From NCBI GenBank assembly GCA_046093785.1, contig JBJTGE010000021.1, positions 1-50,929 of the forward strand: a stretch of DNA of 50,929 nt, given 5' to 3'. The notes below the pieces were generated by a model. That model ran no database searches, was not told where the DNA came from, and saw only the letters and a list, made by a program, of their open reading frames with translations. The stretch comes from Spartobacteria bacterium (lineage in GTDB: Bacteria > Verrucomicrobiota > Verrucomicrobiia > Chthoniobacterales > Terrimicrobiaceae). The translations under genes were made by a program, and so were the position numbers. How positions within the stretch are numbered: position 1 is the first letter of the stretch; each line of letters opens with the position of its first letter. This document shows, one piece after another, positions 8,583 through 16,516 of the stretch.

Positions 8583-9830
8583 TTACACAATCATGCCTGC
8601 CGCGACGGTCTCGTGCGTGCCGGGGTCGATGAGGATGAAGGAACCTGTGAGGCGGTTGCGACGGTAGGAGTCGTAGAACAAGGGTGCGGCAGTTCGCAGG
8701 GCGATTCGGCCGATGTCGTTCATTCCGAGCGCTGATGTGCCTTCTTTTTTGTGAAGGGTCTCGATGTCCACCTGGTAGCGCAATTCCTGCACGATGGCCT
8801 TGGTTTCCTTTGTGGTGTGCCGGAGTAGGTATTTGCCACGGGTTTCCATGGGCTTTTGAGAGAACCAGCAGACCATGGCTTCGACATCCTGCGAGGCCTC
8901 GGGCGGGTTGTTGGCTTTGACCAGCATGTCGCCACGGGAAATGTCGATCTCGTCCTCGAGGGTCATCACGACGGACTGCGGCGGGAAGGCCTCGCCGAGT
9001 TCCTTGCCGCCGGGAAGGTGGATTTTTTTTACGCGCGTGCTGAAGCCGGAGGGCATCACAGTCACGGCATCGCCGGGCTTGAAAACCCCGCCGGCCACAC
9101 GGCCCGCATAGCCACGGAAGTCGTGGTGTTCCTGCGAAAGCGGACGGATGATCCACTGCACCGGGAAGCGGGCGTCCACATGGTTCGCCGTGCCGCCGGT
9201 GTAAACGGTTTCGAGGTGATAAAGAAGCGAGGAGCCTTTGAACCACGGCATCTTGTCGGATTTGTCCACAACATTGTCGCCATTCAAGGCCGAGAGCGGG
9301 ATGGCCGTGATGTCCGCCACATTGTCCAGGCGGGATGCGAATTCGTGGAAACTCGCGACGATGTCCTGAAAAACCTGCTCGCTGTAATCGACGAGATCCA
9401 TCTTGTTCACCGCGAGCACGAGGTGCCGCATGCGGAGGAGATTGGAAACAAACGCATGGCGCTTGGTCTGCTCGATCACGCCTTTGCGGGCATCGACGAG
9501 AATGATCGCGAGATCGGCTGTGGAGGCGCCAGTGACCATGTTGCGCGTGTATTGGATATGGCCGGGCGTGTCGGCGATGATGAATTTCCGGCGTGGCGTG
9601 GCGAAGTAGCGGTAGGCGACATCGATCGTGATGCCCTGCTCGCGCTCGGCGCGCAGGCCGTCTGTGAGGAGCGCCAAGTTTACGACGGCATCTCCACGGC
9701 GGCGGGAGCTTTCCTCGACGGCCATGAGCTGGTCCTCGAAAATGCTCTTGGAATCATAAAGCAGGCGTCCGATGAGAGTGGATTTGCCGTCATCAACAGA
9801 ACCGGCGGTGGCGAAGCGAAGAAGATCCAT
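8583..9830 (-). CDS. cysN: Sulfate adenylyltransferase subunit 1 (GTPase subunit)
   Basis: MDLLRFATAGSVDDGKSTLIGRLL (G1), DTPGH (G3), NKMD (G4). 415 aa with no fused APS kinase domain. Confidence 0.9.
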   Translation of the reverse strand: MDLLRFATAGSVDDGKSTLIGRLLYDSKSIFEDQLMAVEESSRRRGDAVVNLALLTDGLRAEREQGITIDVAYRYFATPRRKFIIADTPGHIQYTRNMVTGASTADLAIILVDARKGVIEQTKRHAFVSNLLRMRHLVLAVNKMDLVDYSEQVFQDIVASFHEFASRLDNVADITAIPLSALNGDNVVDKSDKMPWFKGSSLLYHLETVYTGGTANHVDARFPVQWIIRPLSQEHHDFRGYAGRVAGGVFKPGDAVTVMPSGFSTRVKKIHLPGGKELGEAFPPQSVVMTLEDEIDISRGDMLVKANNPPEASQDVEAMVCWFSQKPMETRGKYLLRHTTKETKAIVQELRYQVDIETLHKKEGTSALGMNDIGRIALRTAAPLFYDSYRRNRLTGSFILIDPGTHETVAAGMIV

Positions 9831-9852
9831 TTTTAAGAAATAAATTTAACCT

Positions 9853-9926
9853 CGGAGAACACGGAGGGGTAAGGAAAGTGCCGGATAGGAGAGATCAGAT
9901 GAGTCTTAAAAACTCCGTGTTCTCCG
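9853..9926. repeat. Perfect 14-bp inverted repeat in the cysD-cysN spacer
   Basis: CGGAGAACACGGAG (9853-9866) and its exact reverse complement CTCCGTGTTCTCCG (9913-9926), separated by 46 nt, inside an AT-richer 118-nt spacer. Confidence 0.8.
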
Positions 9927-9948
9927 TGGTGAGAAATTCGTGTTTCCA

Positions 9949-10854
9949 TTAAAAATACCCCTCGCGTTTGCGGTCTTCCATGGCGGTTTCGGAGCGTTTG
10001 TCGTCGGCGCGGGTGCCTCGCTCGGTCTGGCGGGCGGCGGCGACTTCGGCGATGACCTCGTCGAGATTCGAGGCGGTGGATTCCACCGCGCCGGTGCAGG
10101 TGATGTCGCCGATGGTGCGGAAGCGGACGGTTTTTTTCTCGGCCTTCTCGGTATCGAGCATGGGCACGCATTCGGAGACGGCGAGGAGCGAGCCGTTGCG
10201 GGCGAAGACCTCGCGTTCGTGGGCGAAGTAGAGCGATGGAAGCTCAATCTCCTCGCGCTGGATATACATCCACACATCCATCTCGGTGAAATTCGAGAGC
10301 GGGAAAACCCGGAAATGCTCGCCGGGATTGTATCTCCCGTTGAAAAGATTCCACAGCTCGGGGCGTTGGTTTTTGGGGTCCCATTGGCCGAACTCATCGC
10401 GGTGCGAGAAGAAGCGCTCCTTGGCGCGGGCCTTCTCCTCGTCGCGGCGGCCGCCACCGAGGCAGGCGTCAAATTTTTGCGCTTCGATCGTATCGAGCAG
10501 CGTCACGGTCTGAAGAGAATTGCGGGAGGCAAAAGGGCCTTTCTCCTCTTTCACCCGGCCGGAATCGATGGATGCCTGGACGGAACCGATCACCAGACGC
10601 GCGCCGAGTTTTTCCGCAAAGGCGTCGCGGTATTCAATGGTCTCGGTGAAGTTGTGGCCGGTGTCCACATGGAGGAGTGGAAAAGGGATTTTCGCCGGCC
10701 AGAAAGCCTTGGCAGCCAGATGGGCCATTACGATCGAGTCCTTGCCGCCGGAAAAAAGTAGAGCGGGATTTTGAAACTGAGCGGCCGTCTCGCGGAGGAT
10801 GTAAATCGCCTCCGCTTCGATCTGGTCGAGATGGTCGAGAGAATAAGTGGGCAT
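9949..10854 (-). CDS. cysD: Sulfate adenylyltransferase subunit 2
   Basis: LDHLDQIEAEAIYILRETAAQF and the PP-loop LLFSGGKDS. Start chosen at MPTYSL (ATG 10854-10852) by analogy with the E. coli CysD N-terminus; the ORF-track start at 10878 is possible. Confidence 0.9.
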   Translation of the reverse strand: MPTYSLDHLDQIEAEAIYILRETAAQFQNPALLFSGGKDSIVMAHLAAKAFWPAKIPFPLLHVDTGHNFTETIEYRDAFAEKLGARLVIGSVQASIDSGRVKEEKGPFASRNSLQTVTLLDTIEAQKFDACLGGGRRDEEKARAKERFFSHRDEFGQWDPKNQRPELWNLFNGRYNPGEHFRVFPLSNFTEMDVWMYIQREEIELPSLYFAHEREVFARNGSLLAVSECVPMLDTEKAEKKTVRFRTIGDITCTGAVESTASNLDEVIAEVAAARQTERGTRADDKRSETAMEDRKREGYF

Positions 10855-10893
10855 GTGTGTTTGAAGAACGCTTTGCAAAAGCGGCTCCGCTGG

Positions 10894-11517
10894 TCAGAGC
10901 GGGCGTCCGTGGGCCGTGGCCGAGCGGAGATATTCGAGCAAATGCGAGGCACATTCCTCTTCCGAAGAAGCCTCCGTGTCAAGAGTCAGGCACCCGTTGT
11001 CGGGTTCCTCAAAACCGCTGTCCTTGCCGGTGAACTGCTTGATCGCGCCATCCCTCGCCTTTGCATACAGCCCCTTGGGATCGCGCGCAGCGCAGGTCTC
11101 GAAGGCCGCGCGCACATAAACCTCGTGAAAATCCCCACCGATGATTCGCCCCGCCAGCGCCCGCAATTCCCGGCGTGGAGTGATGACAGACACGATCGCG
11201 ATTACGCCCAAACCCGCGAGGAGCTTGGCCGTCTCGGCGACGCGACGGACATTTTCCGCGCGGTCCTCATCCGAGAAGCCGAGGTTAGCATTCAGACCTG
11301 CGCGCAGATTGTCCCCATCCAGGATCGCGGTGAATCGACCCTCCGCATGCAGAGCGCGCTCGACAGCATTGGCGATGGTGGATTTTCCCGAACCAGAGAG
11401 CCCGTAGAGCCAGAGCACCGCCCCGCGCTGCCCGAGCAATTCCTCCTTCTCGCTCCGCCCTAAAAAACGCCGCGTCTCCGGGTGGATATTTCGATTCTTC
11501 AGATCATCCATGGTCAA
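10894..11517 (-). CDS. cysC: Adenylylsulfate (APS) kinase
   Basis: P-loop LWLYGLSGSGKSTIA, then LDGDNLRAGLN..LGFS..DR.ENVRR. Confidence 0.9.
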   Translation of the reverse strand: MTMDDLKNRNIHPETRRFLGRSEKEELLGQRGAVLWLYGLSGSGKSTIANAVERALHAEGRFTAILDGDNLRAGLNANLGFSDEDRAENVRRVAETAKLLAGLGVIAIVSVITPRRELRALAGRIIGGDFHEVYVRAAFETCAARDPKGLYAKARDGAIKQFTGKDSGFEEPDNGCLTLDTEASSEEECASHLLEYLRSATAHGRPL

Positions 11518-11566
11518 ACCAGAATCCTGTCCGGCTTGCCCGCCGCTGAAAACTTAAAAACTCCCA

Positions 11567-13087
11567 TCACATCTTGCTGGCACCGATTTCTGCCAGCGGA
11601 CTGCGCTCGCCTTTGCTGAGGCGGATGTGCGCCGTGAGCGACTGCCCGCGAAGACGGTTGCGCGTGTAAACAAGCCCGTTCGAGCGGCTGTCCACATAAG
11701 GATTGTCGATCTGGGCGGGATCTCCCACCATGACCAGCTTCGAGCCACGCGACATGCGGGTCACAACAGTCTTGGCCTCGAGGGGCGTGAGCTGCTGCGC
11801 CTCGTCGAGCACAAAAAAGCGGTTCGGAATCGAGCGGCCGCGAATGTAGCAGAGCGCTTCGATCTCCAAGAGCCCGCGCTCGATGAGTTGCTCGTAGGGT
11901 TTCACCACCGGATGGTGCTGCCCCGCCTGCTGCGAGGGTGGCCCGTCCTTCCGGCGATCCCCGTCCGAGCGTCCCTTTCCGCCCCGCTTCGGCGGTTGGA
12001 GGGGGAGAAGAACCTCGCAGGCGTCGTAGATCGACTGCAGCCAGGGATGCATTTTTTCATTCAGCGTGCCGGGCAGAAAACCCAGCGTGTCGCCCATGGC
12101 CACGACAGGACGGCTCACCGTGAGTCCGTTGAAATCATTTTTGCCCGTCAGGAAGAGCCCCGCCGCCACGGCAAGGAGTGTTTTGCCCGTTCCCGCCTGA
12201 CCGTAGCAGGTGACCAGCGAGATCGAGGGATCCAGCAACGCATCCAGAAAGCACTGCTGGCCCGGATTCGCCGGCCGGAGTTCGATGCCCTTCGGAATTT
12301 GGAGCTGGGAAGGAATGTTGAGGCGTGCAAGGCGGCCCCCGCCGTGATGCCGCGCGGGGAGCTGCTTCGAATCCGACACCTTCAACAAAACATATTCGTT
12401 CAAATCCAAAGCCCCCGTGCGCAAGGCGGGCAACTCGATGGACCCCGAGCTTCCGAAACGCTGCAACTCGTGCGCCTCGACTTGGATCGCACGAAGCTCC
12501 CCGGTCTCCACATCGGGCACCGCCACCTTGTCGTTCAGATAATCCTCGCATGGCAGACCGATCGCCATCGCGCGGAGTTGCATGTTGATATCCTTCGTGA
12601 CGAGAAATGTGGGTGCCGTCTCCTGCTCCTGCAGCGCTAGCGCGGCTCCAATGATCCGGTGATCCATGCGGGACTGGTCGGGGAAAATTTTCACGAACCG
12701 CTTCATGCCCGCCGATTGACGGCTTTTCTCGAGGAAATTGTTCACCAGAATCCTCACCGTGCCGCCGCCGGTGGTCGGCGCGCCGCCTGTGACACTCACC
12801 GAGTCGTGGCCAAAAATCCGGCTCAGCATGCGATGCGCCTGCCGCGCGTTCGCTCCCCGCTCGCTCTGCTCGTTCTTGAAATTGTCCAACTCGCTGAGCA
12901 CATCCACGGGAATGAAAACATGGTTGTTTTCAAACCGGTTCAAGCAGTTTGGATCGTGGAGGAGGACATTGGTATCGAGGACGAAGTTTTTCACAGCCCC
13001 GGCCGCGCGGGCGCGGTCGGCGGAAGCCAATTCGGGAAAGAAAACGCCCTGCTCCTCGATGAATTCAGCGGATTTGGGTCGATGCAT
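11567..13087 (-). CDS. PhoH2-type protein: N-terminal PIN nuclease domain fused to a PhoH-like ATPase
   Basis: PIN motif FVLDTNVLLHDP. PhoH Walker A GQAGTGKTLLA and Walker B FFVLDEAQ. Confidence 0.85.
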   Translation of the reverse strand: MHRPKSAEFIEEQGVFFPELASADRARAAGAVKNFVLDTNVLLHDPNCLNRFENNHVFIPVDVLSELDNFKNEQSERGANARQAHRMLSRIFGHDSVSVTGGAPTTGGGTVRILVNNFLEKSRQSAGMKRFVKIFPDQSRMDHRIIGAALALQEQETAPTFLVTKDINMQLRAMAIGLPCEDYLNDKVAVPDVETGELRAIQVEAHELQRFGSSGSIELPALRTGALDLNEYVLLKVSDSKQLPARHHGGGRLARLNIPSQLQIPKGIELRPANPGQQCFLDALLDPSISLVTCYGQAGTGKTLLAVAAGLFLTGKNDFNGLTVSRPVVAMGDTLGFLPGTLNEKMHPWLQSIYDACEVLLPLQPPKRGGKGRSDGDRRKDGPPSQQAGQHHPVVKPYEQLIERGLLEIEALCYIRGRSIPNRFFVLDEAQQLTPLEAKTVVTRMSRGSKLVMVGDPAQIDNPYVDSRSNGLVYTRNRLRGQSLTAHIRLSKGERSPLAEIGASKM

Positions 13088-13185
13088 ATTGGGTGATTCG
13101 GCGGCAGATCAATACATCCCAGAACCCTCCCGTGTCACCACGGAAGAACTGTAACGAATAAAAAATTCGCGGGTGCAGAAATCGA

Positions 13186-14484
13186 ATGGAAAAATTTTCG
13201 CGACCCCTTAGTGTGCCGATTCTTTTGATGAACCGACTCTACATGAAAGCCGCCTTCTTTATCGCGGCCGGTTTGTTTCTGATTCTGACAAAAAGCGCGT
13301 CGGGCGCACCGACAACCTTGGATTTGAATAACGCCTTCGGAGTGCCGATTTTTGCGGATGAATCGCTGTGGGATGACAATGCGCAGGATGTGGCTGCCCG
13401 TCTTGAATGGCCCGAAGAATCCCGAAGCTCCATCGACTCAAGCTTCCGTAAATACCCCGACGCAAGTGAACTCTTGCTGGGATGCCGTCCTTATTCCCTC
13501 GCGCTCCATGCCGAGGAGGAAAAACCAGCCAGACTATCCATCATTTTTGCCAACAAGGGCGATTCGGTTGATTCCAATCAGAGCTCCACACGAGCGAGAA
13601 ACACTCAAATCCTCGATTACAAAAGGAGCATTCAAAACGACAAAAAAAAACTCACCGAAATGCTCACCAAGCTTTTTGGCGAACCGATTGCAGACCGCTT
13701 CGGCCAAGGTCGCGAAACACGCGAGTCCGTTAAGAGATGGGACTGGAACGGACACGCATTTCTGCTTGCCTCGCCGCGCGACGAGTATGTAGCCCTTCGC
13801 GTGATGACCACCGAGTCGGCGGATGCTGGAGGGAAATCGCGCATTCCAGATTCCGTGATTAGAGAGGCAGTCGCCAATCGCATTGAAAAAAGGGCAAACG
13901 GCGATGTGGTGTTGAAAGACATGCCTATGGTGAATCAAGGCCCCAAGGGCTACTGCGTTCCGGCCACCTGGGAGCGTGTCATGCGCTACATGGGAGTCCC
14001 GGCCGACATGTATACCCTTGCCATGGCAGGCGGCACACAGGCTGGTGGAGGATCATCGATCGATGCCATCTCTACCGGTGCGAGCCAGTCTGTCATCCAA
14101 GCAGGTAGAAGAATCGAATCCCCCGCGATGAAGATCGATGCGGTGAGCGTCTCGCGATTTATTGACCGCGGCCTGCCGATCATGTGGGCGATGTTCTCCT
14201 CGGAAGACTTCAACATTGCCGTGAACAGCCGCATTCAAGCGCGCAAGAACATGACTGATATCACGGAGTGGAAAAAAGTTCTCGCCGCAGCGCGCAAGGA
14301 GGTTAGGAAGTTCCGGCCGCAGCGTGATAGTGCCCATGTTTGCATGATCATCGGCTACAACAAGCAAACCGGTGAAATTGCCATCTCGGACTCATGGGGT
14401 GCCGCATTCGCCGAACGCTGGATCACGCCCGAAGAAGCCGCCACCGTCAGTCAAACCTCGACACATACCGTCATCAATTTTTAA
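13186..14484 (+). CDS. Secreted papain-like (C39-like fold) cysteine peptidase domain protein with an unknown N-terminal domain
   Basis: Signal peptide MKAAFFIAAGLFLILTKSASG (alternative starts 13228 and 13243). Candidate catalytic residues in papain order: Q-x5-C (VNQGPKGYCVPATW), His (SAHVCMIIGYN), Asp (SDSWG). AT-richer than the flanking genes. Confidence 0.6.
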   Translation: MEKFSRPLSVPILLMNRLYMKAAFFIAAGLFLILTKSASGAPTTLDLNNAFGVPIFADESLWDDNAQDVAARLEWPEESRSSIDSSFRKYPDASELLLGCRPYSLALHAEEEKPARLSIIFANKGDSVDSNQSSTRARNTQILDYKRSIQNDKKKLTEMLTKLFGEPIADRFGQGRETRESVKRWDWNGHAFLLASPRDEYVALRVMTTESADAGGKSRIPDSVIREAVANRIEKRANGDVVLKDMPMVNQGPKGYCVPATWERVMRYMGVPADMYTLAMAGGTQAGGGSSIDAISTGASQSVIQAGRRIESPAMKIDAVSVSRFIDRGLPIMWAMFSSEDFNIAVNSRIQARKNMTDITEWKKVLAAARKEVRKFRPQRDSAHVCMIIGYNKQTGEIAISDSWGAAFAERWITPEEAATVSQTSTHTVINF

Positions 14485-14488
14485 ATCC

Positions 14489-16426
14489 ATGGAAACCACC
14501 ACATCCTTCGACACCGCCGAAGCCCGCGAACTCTACAATATCGACCGCTGGAGCGGTGGTTACTTCGGCATCAACGGAGACGGCCATGTTTGCGTTTATC
14601 CCAAGCGCAATGGCGAGACGATCGATCTCATGGATGTCGTCGCCGAGGCGCGGAGCCGCAAGCTGGCATTTCCTCTCGTGGTGCGCTTCCACGACCTCTT
14701 GCGCGACCGCGTGGAGACGATCAACACGGCCTTCGCCACAGCGATCTCCGAGGCCGGCTACAGCGCGCCATACCGTGGCGTGTTTCCCATCAAGGTGAAC
14801 CAACTCCGCGAAGTCGTGGAAGAAATCCTCGACGCCGGCAAGCCCTGGCACTTCGGCATCGAGGCCGGCAGCAAGCCCGAGCTTCTCGCCGCTCTCGCTG
14901 TGCACTCGGACCCCGAGAGCCTTGTGATCTGCAATGGCTACAAGGACACGAGCTTCATTCAAAACGCCCTCCTCGGCCGCAAGCTCGGCAAAACAGTCAT
15001 CCTCGTCGTGGAAAAACTCGAAGAGTTGGCGCACATCCTCCGTGTTTCGCAGACGATGAAAATCGAGCCCCTCATCGGCCTCCGCGTCCGCCTGCTCTCG
15101 AAGGGCGCCGGCAAGTGGGCCACCAGCGGCGGCGAGAATGCCAAGTTCGGCCTCTCCACCGCCGACCTCGTGGAGGCCAGCGATATGCTCCATGCCGCCG
15201 GACTCGCCCACTGCCTCAAGCTCGTGCATTTCCATGTCGGCTCCCAAGTGCCCGATATCGGCACCATCAAACGCGCCGTTCGCGAAGCGGCCCGCTTCTA
15301 CGCGAAGCTCTCCAAAATGGGCCACGAACTCGGCTATCTCGATGTCGGAGGCGGCCTCGGCGTGGACTACGATGGATCCCGCACCACCTTCGACAGCTCG
15401 ATGAACTACTCGCTCGACGAGTATGTGCGCGACATCGTTTACACCGTGAAGGAGGTCTGCGACTCCGAGTCCGTCGAGCATCCCACGCTCGTCAGCGAGA
15501 GCGGCCGCGCGATCGTCGCCCAGCATTCCGTGCTCATCGTTGAAACCTTTGGCGCCATCGAAAAAGCCAGCCACCAGGAACCACCCACACCGACCGCAGG
15601 CAGCCAGATTCCACTCCTCGCCGACATCCTGGAAATCCGCAACAACCTCACTCCCCAAAACCGCCTCGAGAATCTCCACGACGCCCAAGAAATCCGCGAG
15701 CGCGCCCAATCGATGTTCGACCTCGGCCTCCTCGACCTCCGCGCCAAGGCAGGCATCGAAACCGTCTATTGGCAGATTGCCGCGAACATCGTGGAGCTTT
15801 TCCGCGACGCCGAACACATCCCCGAGGAGGTCCGCGAAATCGAAATCGCCATCGGCGACCAATACCTCTGCAACTTCTCCGTTTTCCAATCCCTCCTCGA
15901 CCACTGGGCGCTCGGCCAACTCTTCCCCGTCATGCCGATCCATCGCCTCAACGAACGCCCCGATCGCAACGCGACCCTTGTGGACATCACCTGCGACTCG
16001 GATGGCAAAGTCGCGAAATTCATCGATCTCCAGGATGTGAAGGAAACCCTCCCGCTCCACCGCTGGCATCCCGGCGAGCCTTACTACATCGGCTTCTTCC
16101 TCGCCGGCGCGTATCAGGACATCATGGGCGACCTCCACAACCTCTTCGGCCGCGTCAACGAAATGCACATCTACCTCGATGAGGACGAAGACTCCGGCCA
16201 CTATGTCGAGGAAGTCCTCCCCGGCAGCACCATCGGCCAAGTCCTCTCACTCACGCAGTGGGATGTCAACGAACTCGCCCGCCAAATGAAGGCCCAAACC
16301 GACGCCGCCATCAAAAGCGACCGCCTCAAGCCCAACGAAGCCATGCGCCTCCTCGACGACTACGAAAAAAGCCTCACCCTCTACACCTACCTGAACTTCG
16401 ACGACCAACACAAACCGTCGAAATAA
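14489..16426 (+). CDS. speA: Biosynthetic arginine decarboxylase
   Basis: N-terminus YNIDRWSGGYFGINGDGHV and PLP-lysine region YRGVFPIKVN. 645 aa from METTTSF (ATG 14489). The upstream extension in the ORF track overlaps the peptidase gene. Confidence 0.9.
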   Translation: METTTSFDTAEARELYNIDRWSGGYFGINGDGHVCVYPKRNGETIDLMDVVAEARSRKLAFPLVVRFHDLLRDRVETINTAFATAISEAGYSAPYRGVFPIKVNQLREVVEEILDAGKPWHFGIEAGSKPELLAALAVHSDPESLVICNGYKDTSFIQNALLGRKLGKTVILVVEKLEELAHILRVSQTMKIEPLIGLRVRLLSKGAGKWATSGGENAKFGLSTADLVEASDMLHAAGLAHCLKLVHFHVGSQVPDIGTIKRAVREAARFYAKLSKMGHELGYLDVGGGLGVDYDGSRTTFDSSMNYSLDEYVRDIVYTVKEVCDSESVEHPTLVSESGRAIVAQHSVLIVETFGAIEKASHQEPPTPTAGSQIPLLADILEIRNNLTPQNRLENLHDAQEIRERAQSMFDLGLLDLRAKAGIETVYWQIAANIVELFRDAEHIPEEVREIEIAIGDQYLCNFSVFQSLLDHWALGQLFPVMPIHRLNERPDRNATLVDITCDSDGKVAKFIDLQDVKETLPLHRWHPGEPYYIGFFLAGAYQDIMGDLHNLFGRVNEMHIYLDEDEDSGHYVEEVLPGSTIGQVLSLTQWDVNELARQMKAQTDAAIKSDRLKPNEAMRLLDDYEKSLTLYTYLNFDDQHKPSK

Positions 16427-16453
16427 CCCGCACGACAGCGCGCATCGTATCCC

Positions 16454-16512
16454 ATGGTAGGGACGCCGCGCCGTCGGGGTCCCAATTTTCAGCCGCGCAG
16501 CGGCGTCTCTGC
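16454..16512 (+). repeat. GC-rich intergenic repeat, copy B (terminator-like), between convergent speA and glmS
   Basis: Same unit as 7629-7720 but without the 30-nt insertion. Hairpin GGGACGCCG..CGGGGTCCC (16460-16483) is followed by AATTTTC. A second stem is GCGCAG-N8-CTGCGC. It starts 28 nt after the speA stop. Confidence 0.6.
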
Positions 16513-16516
16513 GCAT

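Noticed and set aside
14474-16240. A 588-aa ORF on the minus strand.
   Set aside because: It is an antisense shadow of speA with no recognisable motifs. The same reasoning applies to 4660-5952 (antisense argA), 5832-6974 (antisense symporter), 23343-24653 (antisense ispG), 25175-26422 (antisense rseP), 28670-29941 (antisense dnaX), 33003-34130 (antisense polyprenyl synthase) and 49671-50867 (antisense polX).
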